A DNA stretch of 32,000 bases from Candidatus Methylomirabilis oxygeniifera (GTDB lineage: Bacteria > Methylomirabilota > Methylomirabilia > Methylomirabilales > Methylomirabilaceae), in contig FP565575.1 of the NCBI GenBank assembly GCA_000091165.1, forward strand, positions 1,740,001 to 1,772,000, given 5' to 3'. A program made the translations under genes and the position numbers. The notes beneath the pieces are model-generated. The model saw only the letters and a list, made by a program, of their open reading frames with translations. It did no database searches and was not told the origin of the DNA. Below are positions 1 through 9,579 of this stretch, in pieces. Each line of letters starts with the position of its first letter. Position 1 is the first letter of the stretch.

Positions 1-62
1 CCAGGAACACGCACATAGTATCCTCCGTCACTGAATGATAGGGCGAGACCCGGAAGCGATTT

Positions 63-347
63 ATGTGGTACGCTCAAACGATGAGGAAGGCGAGGGGGGT
101 GAAATCAGATGCTCCTTCCTATCCCCCGCAAAAGGGGTGCTATATCATGCTCTCCGACAGGAAACGGAGTATCATGTCGAGACATGGAGGGAAGGTCATG
201 AGATTGATGGTGGAACAACAGACATATCCGTACATCACGACGAATCGGAGAATCGCGGGGGGCTCCCCCATCATCAAGGGGACCCGCATCACCGTCCGTA
301 CTATCGCCGGCTACTACCAGATGGGAATGACTGTCGACGAGATATGA
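63..347 (+). pseudogene. 5' part of DUF433-family antitoxin-like gene, interrupted by an IS
   Basis: Protein contains ITTNRRIAGGSPIIKGTRITVRTIAGYYQMGMTVDEI, typical of DUF433; reading stops at the IS boundary and the family C-terminus reappears after the IS. Confidence 0.8.
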
Positions 348-378
348 CTGTCAAGACCCCCATTTTCTGTACCAGGTG

Positions 379-1284
379 CTATGAGAGTATCGGTTCCAGT
401 TGGATGTTCAACTCGTCCTCCCAATGGTGGAGATCGGACGCTGTCGTGTCATCGAGCACAGAGGTAACTGGATGAGGCTGACGCCATGCGTGCTCGGTCG
501 CAAACTCTGCCGGGGTGCGATAGCCCAGAGCACTGTGCGGCCGCTCGTGGTTGTAGCTCAGGCGGTACTGTTCGACGAGCACCTGCGCCTCGGTCACACT
601 CGAGAAGCTCTCTCGGTTCAAGAGCTCGTCCTCGAAGCGGCTATTGAACGACTCACTGTACGCGTTCTCCCAGGGGCTTCCGGGTTCGATGTAGAGGGTC
701 TGAACCCTCGAGAGGGCCAACCACTCCTTGACGGCGGTCGCGACGAACTCGGGTCCGTTATCGGAGCGGAGGTACGTCGGCTCGCCATGTACCCGGAACA
801 GCGAGGCCAGCAGTTCGACCACATCCTCGGCCCGGATGCTGCGGGCTACCAGGATTGCGTGCGCCTCTCGAGTAAACTCGTCCAACACCGGCAACAGCTT
901 CAGCCGTCGCCCGTCTTCCGTCTGATCCATCAGGAAATCGTAGCTCCAGACATGGTTCTTGTGCTCGGCACGCCGGCGTCGACAGCCCTGGTCGCTGCTG
1001 CCCAGGCGCTGCCGTTTCCGTTGCGCCTGCGGCACGCGAAGCCCCCCTTGTCGCCAGAGTCGCTGCACCCGTTTCCGATTCACGCGCCACCCTTCCCGCT
1101 GCAAGAGCGCCCAGACCCGCCGATACCCGTAGCGCGGATGACGTCGCGACAGCATGACGAGCCGCTCGCTCAAGGCCTGGTCCCGCTCCCGCTTGCGTCC
1201 CACAAACCGCTGGCTCGACCGCGGCTGGCCAAGCACCCGGCATGCCCGACGCTCGGCGACGCCCAGCCGCTGCCGCACATGCAC
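379..1284 (-). CDS. IS3-family transposase OrfB (rve/DDE integrase domain)
   Basis: 301 aa with YDFLMDQTEDG, LRSDNGPEFV and PWENAYSESFNSRFEDELLNRE (DDE), plus YNHERPHSALGYRTPAEF. Confidence 0.93.
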   Translation of the reverse strand: MHVRQRLGVAERRACRVLGQPRSSQRFVGRKRERDQALSERLVMLSRRHPRYGYRRVWALLQREGWRVNRKRVQRLWRQGGLRVPQAQRKRQRLGSSDQGCRRRRAEHKNHVWSYDFLMDQTEDGRRLKLLPVLDEFTREAHAILVARSIRAEDVVELLASLFRVHGEPTYLRSDNGPEFVATAVKEWLALSRVQTLYIEPGSPWENAYSESFNSRFEDELLNRESFSSVTEAQVLVEQYRLSYNHERPHSALGYRTPAEFATEHAWRQPHPVTSVLDDTTASDLHHWEDELNIQLEPILS

Positions 1285-1310
1285 GACAGCGGCCCGCCTC
1301 CGGGTCGGGC

Positions 1311-1589
1311 TCAGAAGTTTCCCTTCGTCACCTCGCGCAGGATACTGAGGTCGACCGCCTGCTCAGCGACGATCTTCTTCAAGCGCGCATTCTCTTTTTC
1401 GAGCGCCTTCAGCCGCCTCGCCTGGCCCGCCTGCATGCCCCCGTACTGGGCGCGCCAGCGATGGAAGGTGTTCTCGCTGATCCCTAAGGTCTTGCTCACA
1501 TCGGCGACGGTGGCGCCTGTGGCCAGGTGGGCGTCTGCGTCGCGCAGCTTCCGGATGATCTGCTCCGGGGTGTGTCGCTTCCGTTTCAT
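1311..1589 (-). CDS. IS3-family transposase OrfA (HTH)
   Basis: 92 aa MKRKRHTPEQIIRKLRDADAHLATGATVADVSKTLGISENTFHRWRAQYGGM...RLKALEKENARLKKIVAEQAVDLSILREV. Confidence 0.93.
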   Translation of the reverse strand: MKRKRHTPEQIIRKLRDADAHLATGATVADVSKTLGISENTFHRWRAQYGGMQAGQARRLKALEKENARLKKIVAEQAVDLSILREVTKGNF

Positions 1590-1660
1590 GGAGAGTCCTC
1601 CTGCCCGTGTGGGCGGTTGAGACTCCCATAATACCTGGATCTATTTTAGGGGGTCAGGTC

Positions 1661-1843
1661 ATGACCACCCTACAACACCTGTCGCCGTCACAGGTCCATT
1701 CAGCGTTAGCTTACTATTTCGACCATCAGAAGGAGATCGATCGCGAACTGGAGATCTCGTCTGATGTCAAACGGTGGAAACAACAGGTCGTTCCGCATCC
1801 CAGAGCGGCGACCACGCAGCAGCCAGCTCAACAGACTGCTTGA
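1661..1843 (+). pseudogene. 3' part of the DUF433-family antitoxin-like gene
   Basis: MTTLQHLSPSQVHSALAYYFDHQKEIDRELE matches the usual C-terminal half of DUF433 proteins and sits immediately after the IS. Confidence 0.75.
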
Positions 1844-2232
1844 TCCCACCACCCACTCCGTTACGTTAGAGACACTGACCCGCGCGGCCCACGCCGTCGA
1901 ACGTCGGGTGAAGCTGGAACTGGTTTAGGACGCAAATATGCCCACTCTTGCCCAACGAATTACTGTCGCCTGCGCCAACCGACCGTTCAGCGCCTCAATG
2001 AATGGCAGGACATCACCGAGGCGCTAACAGGGAGAGGGGGGCCAAATCAAATAATCAAAGTGGGCCAAATGAGAGTATCACACTCGCGCATAGACGCGAC
2101 GTGAGCGATCCCAATAATGCCCGCGCGCTTCACGTGCCTGGCAACCGTATCCCAATCCAGGTGTTGCGTGACGAGAAGAGTGGTACTATACTGTGTTCTA
2201 TCGTGTTATCGTAAATACAGGAGGACCACAGT

Positions 2233-2496
2233 ATGCCGCACACGACTACTATGACCGTGAGGCTGCCCGCCCCGGTGAAGGCGCGCCTCGAACAACTCGC
2301 CAAATCCACAGATCGCTCCAAAGCGTACCTCGCAAGCCAAGCCATCCAAGATTACCTGGACGTCCAGGAGTGGCAGGTTCAGGCCATTCAGGACGCCATC
2401 CGCGAAGCCGACTCGCAGAACCCAGTGTTTTACGACCATGAGGACGTGCAGACCACGCTTAAGAAGCTGACCGCCAAGAGACGTAAAACGGCGTGA
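2233..2496 (+). CDS. Ribbon-helix-helix (CopG/ParD-like) antitoxin
   Basis: MTVRLPAPVKARLEQLAKSTDRSKAYLASQAIQDYLD; preceded by AGGAGG; overlaps the downstream toxin gene. Confidence 0.85.
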   Translation: MPHTTTMTVRLPAPVKARLEQLAKSTDRSKAYLASQAIQDYLDVQEWQVQAIQDAIREADSQNPVFYDHEDVQTTLKKLTAKRRKTA

Positions 2497-2771
2497 GGAT
2501 CCGTTGGCTGTCCCGCGCCGTAGAGGATCTGGCGCACCTCCATGCGTATATCGCGCAGGACAACCCGGAGGCTGCCGCCAGCGAAGTGGACAAAGTGGTG
2601 GAAGCCGTGAAGCGACTCGAAGACCATCCTGCCTCCGGACGGCCCGGACGGGTCCCGGGAACCAGAGAACTGGTACTCGCCCGGTATATCGTGGCCTATC
2701 GAGTCAAAGAGCAAGTCGTCCAGATTCTCCGGATCCTCCATGCAGCTCGTAAGTGGCCCGAGCATTTCTAA
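2493..2771 (+). CDS. ParE/RelE-superfamily toxin
   Basis: 92 aa IRWLSRAVEDLAHLHAYIAQDNPEAA...LEDHPASGRPGRVPGTRELVLARYIVAYRVKEQVVQILRILHAARKWP; GTG start overlaps the antitoxin stop. Confidence 0.87.
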   Translation: MRIRWLSRAVEDLAHLHAYIAQDNPEAAASEVDKVVEAVKRLEDHPASGRPGRVPGTRELVLARYIVAYRVKEQVVQILRILHAARKWPEHF

Positions 2772-3062
2772 CCGGTCCCCCTGAAAACGATCCCTTCCCC
2801 AATAGCCGTAGTACCCGCACTCGGTCCGGTAGTTGTTTTGACAACGCAAAAGGAACCCGCCGTGATAAAGCAAAAGGGACCCACCCATGTTCAGTGGTAT
2901 TCATAGCTGAGGGAAGTGCGGGAGAGCCGGTAGAGCCAGCGCCGGTCAGCCACTTGCTGTTGGACTGTCGACCACGCTAGCTCAAGGAAGACGCTGACGC
3001 CATTGAGCAGGATCGCGAGAAGTTTGAAATACGCCGTGAGCTGTGGTTTTTCCGACGGGCTC

Positions 3063-5161
3063 CTAGCCCAAGTTCCGCAGTTGCCCACTGATTTGGGGAT
3101 ATTTCAGGCATTGTGAAGCGTCAACTCATTGAGATGGTAGCGGCTGGTCTTTGAAAAGCCGATGTAGTGCCGACCACCCTCTTGCGCTCGTTGTGTGCTC
3201 TGGTAGTATGGCGTAGCGCAGGAGGATGATCGATGTATCTGCGGCGGCGATGTCGCAAGAAGAACGGCGAAGAATACGAGTCCTGGGCGCTGGTCGAAAC
3301 GATCCGTACCAGCCGAGGCCCGCGCCAGCGAACCGTGGCCACCATCGGCAAGCTTCCCGGTCTGGATCAGGAAGAGCGGATGGGGTGGGAAGAGATCGGC
3401 CGTGTGCTGGACGGCAAACCACGCCCTCAGCCCGACCTCTTTGCTCCCGACGCCGACGCGCCTCTTTGGGCGACGGTCGATCTCAAGAGGATGCAGATCG
3501 AGCGCCTCCGGCAGTTCGGCGACGTGTACCTCGAGCTCGTGCTGTGGCACCGGCTGGGCCTCGAGGATTTCTGCAATGAGCACATGCCTCCCGGCCGGGA
3601 AGAGATCCCCTGGTCGGTCATGGCCGCCGTGCTCACCCTGGCCCGGTTCTGCGCCCCGTCATCAGAGCTCCAGATCGCCGAATCGTGGTACGCAAAGACC
3701 GCCCTGGACGATCTTCTGGGCGTGCCTGCGGAAAAGATCAATGACGACCGGCTCTACCGCGCCCTGGACAGTCTGCTTCCGCATAAGGACGCTCTGTGCC
3801 AGCACCTGCAGCAGCGCTACGGCGAGCTGTTCGGGACCACCTTCGATGTTCTCGTCTACGACGTCACCTCAAGCGACTTTGAGGGGAGCGGACAGCGCAA
3901 CAGCAGGGCAACACGCGGGTATAGCAGAGACGGCCGGCCTGACTGCGTCCAGGTCTGTATCGGGCTCGTGACCAGCGCCGAAGGCCTGCCGCTCGCCTAT
4001 GAGGTCTTTGACGGCAACCGGGTGGATGTGTGACCACCGTGGAGGACATCATCGATCTCATGGAGACCAAATACGGCAAGGCCCGGCGGGTCTGGGTCAT
4101 GGACCGGGGCATGGTGAGCGAAGAGAACCTGGACACATTGCGAGTACGCAACGCTCACTACATCGTGGGCACGCCCAAGGCCATGCTCAGGAAGTTCGAG
4201 CGCGAGCTGACCGAAGCTGGCTGGGAAGCGGTCCAACCGGGCGTGGAGGTGAAACTCTGCGCGTCGCCGGACGGATCGAACGAGACGTTTGTCCTGTGCC
4301 GGTCCGAGGGCAGACAGGAGAAGGAGCAGGCGATCCTGAACCGCGTCATGACCCGGCTGGAACAGGGGTTGAACACGCTCAAAGAGCGGGCGGAGAAAAG
4401 CAAGCGCCCTGAGCGGCAAACGATCGAGCGCAGGATCGGCCGCCTTCTGGAGCGAAACAGCCGGGCGGCATCCCTATTTGATGTGACGGTAGAGGAGCGG
4501 ACCGGAGACGAGACGCCGAAGCTTCGCGTCACCATTACGAAGCAGGAAGATCACGCAGGCTGGGCGTTTCAGACCAGCGGCCACTACCTGCTTCGGAGCA
4601 ACTGGGAAGGCCGAGACCCCAAGGCGATCTGGAAGCTCTATATCCAGCTCACCCAGGCGGAAGACGCCTTCCGGACCACCAAGAGCGACCTGGGACTGCG
4701 GCCGATCTTTCACCAGACGACCGAGCGCACCGATGCCCATATCCTTGTCTGCTTCCTCGCGCTGGCTATGTGGCGGACGCTGCAGCAGGGGATGGAATGC
4801 GCGGGCCTCGGCACGGCGCCACGGAAGCTTCTGGAGGAGATGCGGGAAATCAGATCGCTGGACGTGGTGCTTCCGGCGAAGGACAGACAGATCAGGCTGC
4901 GGACCGTTTCCACCGCGCCGCAGGAACTGAAAATCTTGCTACAGCGAATGAACTACCCCGCAGCAAGCTACGGGGTATCAAATGCCAGAACAAAAAACCT
5001 GCGCGGCAAGCCCGCGGGGTATCAACCCTCAACGGAATGAAACTGCCGCTGCCGAACAGACCGAAAATCATCGAAAATGTAGTGCCGACTTTTGCTGATT
5101 GAGTATGCGAACGTACTGATAATCCAACACTTGGCTTCTTGAACTGCGGAACTCGGGCTAG
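3063..5161 (+). mobile_element. IS1634-like (IS4 superfamily) insertion element with inverted-repeat ends
   Basis: CTAGCCCAAGTTCCGCAGTT (3063-3082) and AACTGCGGAACTCGGGCTAG (5142-5161) are inverted with one mismatch and flank a large transposase; no clear target duplication seen. Confidence 0.75.
3233..5040 (+). pseudogene. IS1634-like transposase split into two frames (3233-4033 and 4030-5040) by a 2-nt frameshift
   Basis: First ORF ends ...GLPLAYEVFDGNRVDV*, second begins (V)TTVEDIIDLMETKYGKARRVWVMDRGM. Removing one TG from GATGTGTGACC restores a continuous frame. Confidence 0.85.
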
Positions 5162-5584
5162 CCGAACTCCAGCGCCACAAGTTCCTGAAAAGCCCATTCA
5201 CGAAACCGATCATTTCCGCGTCGCATTCAAGCGGCTCGTCACCTCTCTGAATGCGTCAGAGGGACGTCAGGTCACGCTCGAACTGATTTAGGGCGACGAG
5301 CTGGGTACCAACCAGCGGCGACCCCCCTTGCTATTCGATGCCGACCCCTGAAGCATCTATGACACGTACTGTGCCGCGCGGTTCCTCGTTCCCGTTATCC
5401 GAATCGGCCTGGCGCAAGGTCTGGCACTGGATCACCCCAACGCTTCAAGACGCCATGCGGCAGACTCCCTCGCCTCCCCCCGCAGGTCGTCTGCCCCTGG
5501 AGCCTGCTGCTCAACTGGCTGGCCGTTACACGGCGCGGTCTCTCAGACCTCGAGCAGATCGCAGCGACGACCCGACGCCGGCGC

Positions 5585-5929
5585 TTATGGTCGTTGAGCG
5601 ACAGCGAGCGTCAGGTGTCCGACCGGCTCGGTTGTGGGCTTGACCGTAATCTCGATATCGTAGCCAGGCCGGTTCAGGCAGTCCATTAACTTGCGCTCGG
5701 ACAGGTTGGCGAAGTCGCCACGCAGCAACGTCGAGACCTTCGGTTGCGGAATACCCATGCGTCCGCCGGCCTCTTCTTGTGTCAGGCCGAGCTTACGTAT
5801 GGCGCGGGCGATCTCGATCACGAGGCCGGACTTGATCTTGAGCTTGTCGGTATCGGGCAGGTTCAAATCGGCAAAGACGTTGCCGGAGCTAGGTTCAACC
5901 GCGACGCCTTCAACGGTACGCTGTGCCAT
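5585..5929 (-). CDS. HigA-like XRE-family antitoxin
   Basis: 114 aa with HTH LKIKSGLVIEIARAIRKLGLTQEEAGGRMGIPQPKVSTLLRGDFANLSERKLMDCLNRPGYDIEITVKP. Confidence 0.85.
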   Translation of the reverse strand: MAQRTVEGVAVEPSSGNVFADLNLPDTDKLKIKSGLVIEIARAIRKLGLTQEEAGGRMGIPQPKVSTLLRGDFANLSERKLMDCLNRPGYDIEITVKPTTEPVGHLTLAVAQRP

Positions 5930-6083
5930 CTCGTATCTCCTTCGCGATCATCTCGGCTACGTTGAGTCGCGCGCGAATGATCTCTCTGTCCTTCTTCGGG
6001 GTAGCGACACCGCTCTTGCTCTTCTTCTGGAAGCAGTGCAAGACGAACACCGCTTCCGCGAACGTGACGGTGTAGACCGCCCG
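5910..6083 (-). pseudogene. C-terminal remnant of HigB-like (phage Gp49-like) toxin
   Basis: Hand translation gives RAVYTVTFAEAVFVLHCFQKKSKSGVATPKKDREIIRARLNVAEMIAKEIRDGTAYR*, preceded by an in-frame TAG; N-terminal half missing; overlaps the start of the antitoxin gene. Confidence 0.75.
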
Positions 6084-6465
6084 CTACAAAGAAAGGCGCG
6101 CCGGGGTGTCTACGTGTTCACGATCGAGCGATTTTGGTATTCATGATGACCCGAAACCCGCACCGAGAAACGTCCCCGAAGGAAAAGGATAGGGAGACAG
6201 CAAGATTATCAGGGCTAATGGACTAGTTGGTGGGTCCAAAGGAAAATCAGACGGATGGGTGGAGAAGGGCGATCGGAAACTCCTGGTCTCGCTGCCGCAT
6301 TTCCCCTTGATCTGCGTCTCGCACCTCAGGCCACACCGCCCCTACTGAGCGTCTTTGCGGCGGCCGGTCCGGCCACGGCAGCTGTGATCCGAGGGCTCGG
6401 ACTCGCTGCGTAAATCCTTGGCGCATTCGTGGGGGCTATGGCGCTACAAGCCTGCGAATGCCCGC

Positions 6466-8097
6466 TCAATCAGGCGCAGTTTCCTCCAAATGCGCGAGCG
6501 ACAAGCGATCTAGCTTACCCGTAACGGTGCGAGGCAGAGAATCTGAAACAATGATTTCGTGGGGGCACTTGTACTCTGCGATCTCACCCTTTACGAATTG
6601 TCGGATCTGTCCCACCATCTCTACTTGCCGAGTCAGTCCCTTCCGCAGCACCAAGATAGCGCGGATCCGCTCCCCGCGCATCTTGCCTGAAACCCCAACG
6701 ACGGCAGCATCAAGGACAGCGGGATGCTGCATCAAAACCCCTTCAACCTCGGCAGGGGCAATCTTGTATCCGCCACTGACGATTAGATCGTCGGTTCGGC
6801 TGATATGCCAGTAACGCCCTTCGGCGTCCCGCCGGAATCGGTCACCGGGAAGCGTCCAGCCGTCGCGGACAATCTCCTCCTGAAGATCCGGCCGCCGCCA
6901 GTAGCGGCAACCTGTCGGCCCGCGCAGGGCAATGATTCCCTCCGCCTCCCGTTCCTGAATCTCCGCGCCGCTATCGGCGAGAAGCCGAGCCTCATACAAT
7001 CCAACTGGGCGACCTGTGCAGTCGCCAATTGCTTCCCCTACTCGCTGCGACATCCAGATGTGCAGCATCTCTGTTGAGCCACAACCATCAAGGATCTGGA
7101 CGCCTGTTGTCTCCTGCCATCGTAGAAATGTATCGCGGGGCAACTTCTGGCCAGCGCTCACGGCTAAACGGACGCTCCGCCAAGTGATCCTCTCGCGGCA
7201 AGGAGCCTCTTCCATCAGCAGACGGCACGCGGTCGGTGTGCTGAACAAGATGGTCGGACACTCACGGCGGACCAGTTTAAGCCATTCCGCCGCGTCGAAA
7301 GGGGCTGATTCCAGCAAAACTGACGCACCGAATCGAAGCGGAAAGATCAGGAGGCCGCCAAGCCCATACGTAAACGCCAATGAAGAATGACCAGCAAATC
7401 GATCCTTCGGTTCGGGGGCGAGTACTTCTTGTGCGTAAGTGTCGGCAATGGCCAATAGATCACCGTGCGTGTGAATCGTGCCCTTGAGTGTGCCGGTCGT
7501 ACCCGACGTGTAGGCGACGATGGCCACGTCGTCAACGCTGGTCGGCGCCGGTTCACACGACCCGCTGCCTGCCGTAAGAAACCTTTCGTATGCGCTCTCC
7601 CCAAGGTCGTTCTGCCCGACCAGGATGCACAACCTCGGCACAGGCGCACACGCATCGAAGAGCGGGTAGAGATCGCCGGAGGTAACCACCGATGATGGTT
7701 CGCACTCAGCAAGGATGTGGTGCAGCTCGCGCCGTTTGAGCATCGGCATGGTTGCTACGACGACGGCGCCAATCCTGAGTGCAGCCAGCCACGTTTCGAT
7801 GAACTCCGGAATGTTCGGCAAATGGACAAGCACCCTATCCCCAGGCTTTACACCATTGGCGGCCAAGGCATTCGACAGACGATTGACTCGCTCAGCCAGA
7901 AAGCCATACGTCCAAGTCCTGTCACGGTGTATGATGGCTGGCCTGTTCGCTCGACCAACCCGCAAGTTGGAATCCAACAATGCGGCGCTCGCATTCAGGA
8001 GTCCGGAATAACCCAATATGTGGCGGGCATCCCGATAGGGCCAAAGCCTGGGATCGGGTAGGGCATCGGGGGGCAGTGCATGGTTAACCAAGCTCAC
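6466..8097 (-). CDS. AMP-dependent aryl/acyl-CoA ligase (benzoate/2-aminobenzoate-CoA ligase-like)
   Basis: 543 aa with VAYTSGTTGTLKGTIHTHGDLL, WTLPGDRFRRDAEGRYWHISRTDDLIVSGGYKIAPAEVEGVLMQHPAVLDAAVVG and LPRTVTGKLDR. Confidence 0.85.
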   Translation of the reverse strand: MSLVNHALPPDALPDPRLWPYRDARHILGYSGLLNASAALLDSNLRVGRANRPAIIHRDRTWTYGFLAERVNRLSNALAANGVKPGDRVLVHLPNIPEFIETWLAALRIGAVVVATMPMLKRRELHHILAECEPSSVVTSGDLYPLFDACAPVPRLCILVGQNDLGESAYERFLTAGSGSCEPAPTSVDDVAIVAYTSGTTGTLKGTIHTHGDLLAIADTYAQEVLAPEPKDRFAGHSSLAFTYGLGGLLIFPLRFGASVLLESAPFDAAEWLKLVRRECPTILFSTPTACRLLMEEAPCRERITWRSVRLAVSAGQKLPRDTFLRWQETTGVQILDGCGSTEMLHIWMSQRVGEAIGDCTGRPVGLYEARLLADSGAEIQEREAEGIIALRGPTGCRYWRRPDLQEEIVRDGWTLPGDRFRRDAEGRYWHISRTDDLIVSGGYKIAPAEVEGVLMQHPAVLDAAVVGVSGKMRGERIRAILVLRKGLTRQVEMVGQIRQFVKGEIAEYKCPHEIIVSDSLPRTVTGKLDRLSLAHLEETAPD

Positions 8098-9470
8098 GTA
8101 CTTACGCTCGCCGGACTCTCGACCGCATCAAATATGCCCCGATCAAGCTTGAACTCCTCGGGGCGCATACTCTCAAACCGGTCCCACGCGCTTGGGTGAA
8201 AGAACGTGCGCTTCACCGCTGCCGTGTAGTACACACCGTCGGGGGTCAATTCCAGGTCCGCGCCGTTCATCCGCGCCAATCCGAACTCCTCCAGGAGGCT
8301 GATCTCTTCGGGAAACGCTTCGCGAAGGCTCCTCCCGAATCGTGCGGCGAAATCCTTACCGTCTAGCCGTAAGTGCTCGATCCGCCGTACGGCGTAGTTG
8401 TACGGCTTCTCTTCCTCGGGGAAGATATGCCCCGTGTGCAGGGGCGGTTCCCCGGTAGAAACGGCCGTCTCATACTTCCCCAGGTGTGAATGATTCTTGT
8501 AGATACAGTCCTTCGCCTGGCTTATACTGTGGGCGCCCAACCCGATCACTGGTGCCAAATCCGCCATCAGCCTCTCATAAGTGAAGTCCTGCTTCCCGAG
8601 GCGGAAGTTATGGCGGGTGGTGCGCTGATAGCCCGCCTCTAGCAGGAACTGATAGGCTTCTTCGTACGTCTGCCGCGACCGGCTTGGCCGCAGGAGTGCG
8701 GCCCGATAGTTGTACAGGGCGATCCCCTCATGGCGGACAGAGACTGGGAACACACACACGTGAGGAGGGTGTAGGCGGAGAATCTCCTGACACGTGTGAC
8801 GCCATGACTCTTCCGTCTGTTCCGGCAAGCCGCACATCAAGTCCACGCTGAAGTCGTCAAACCCAGCCTCGCGGACACTCCGCAAAATACGCAGGATCTC
8901 TTCCGTCGTATCCTCACGATTCAACTTCTTCTTCAGGTCGTCGTCCAGGAACTGCACCCCGAAGCTCAGCCGGGTGATTCCCTCACGCTTCCAACCAGCC
9001 ATCAAGTTCGTCGTAATGCTGGTGTCCGGAAGTACCTCCATCGTGACATCCGCATCGGGACTGAACCGAAACCGTGCACGGACGCCGTCCATTATGGCAG
9101 CAACCTGTTCCACTGAAAGCAGTGAGGGGGTCCCGCCACCGAATTCCATGGATTCCACGGCCACATGGCCGGCCATGCCCGCCACGACGCGAATATCCTG
9201 TCGCAACAAATCCAGATATCGTTCGATTTCCGAGTCGGACCGCCCGTAGTAAGCCAGGAAATCACAGTAGGTGCATTTCGTTCGGCAGAAGGGAATATGC
9301 ACGTGCATCGCAGCATGCTCGCCTGGTGGTACCTCCGACCAGCTTTGCTGGACGGACTTCCTCGAAATCTCGCGCCAGGTCCGCGCATACGGGTAAGCGA
9401 GAATGAGGATGCCAGGATCGCGGCTCAAATCGCGTAGCAGCCGCACGCGCTTAGATGTTGATTCGCTCAT
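8094..9470 (-). CDS. HemW/HemN-like radical SAM protein
   Basis: MHVHIPFCRTKCTYCDF (CxxxCxxC), EFGGGTPSLLS, ITRLSFGVQFLDDDLKKKLNR, FSVDLMCGLPEQTEESW; 4-nt overlap with the downstream ligase gene. Confidence 0.88.
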   Translation of the reverse strand: MSESTSKRVRLLRDLSRDPGILILAYPYARTWREISRKSVQQSWSEVPPGEHAAMHVHIPFCRTKCTYCDFLAYYGRSDSEIERYLDLLRQDIRVVAGMAGHVAVESMEFGGGTPSLLSVEQVAAIMDGVRARFRFSPDADVTMEVLPDTSITTNLMAGWKREGITRLSFGVQFLDDDLKKKLNREDTTEEILRILRSVREAGFDDFSVDLMCGLPEQTEESWRHTCQEILRLHPPHVCVFPVSVRHEGIALYNYRAALLRPSRSRQTYEEAYQFLLEAGYQRTTRHNFRLGKQDFTYERLMADLAPVIGLGAHSISQAKDCIYKNHSHLGKYETAVSTGEPPLHTGHIFPEEEKPYNYAVRRIEHLRLDGKDFAARFGRSLREAFPEEISLLEEFGLARMNGADLELTPDGVYYTAAVKRTFFHPSAWDRFESMRPEEFKLDRGIFDAVESPASVST

Positions 9471-9579
9471 AAACACCTCTCGGGCGCAGATGCCTCATTT
9501 GGTTCACTTACCCTGACGCAACCTTGCTCAAGACTGACGAACACCGCACAACGAGGGGCTGAGCGGTAATCGCAAACTC

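Larger units (their letters stand above)
349..1661 (-). mobile_element. IS3 family, IS407-group-like insertion sequence with imperfect terminal inverted repeats and 4-bp TGAC target duplication (345-348 / 1662-1665)
   Basis: Left end TGTCAAGACCCCCATTTTCTGTACCAGG; reverse complement of right end TGACCTGACCCCCTAAAATAGATCCAGG; OrfA and OrfB intact between them; flanking TGAC repeated on both sides. Confidence 0.88.

Noticed and set aside
400-1620. Plus-strand 406-aa ORF across the IS3 element
   Set aside because: Antisense to the intact OrfA/OrfB genes; no recognisable domain.
3057-5167. Target-site duplication for the IS1634-like element
   Set aside because: Bases outside the inverted repeats (GGGCTC left, CCGAAC right) do not match, so no duplication is claimed.
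5338-5643. Plus-strand 101-aa ORF downstream of the IS1634-like element
   Set aside because: Proline/arginine-rich with no domain and partly opposite the HigA gene; likely spurious.
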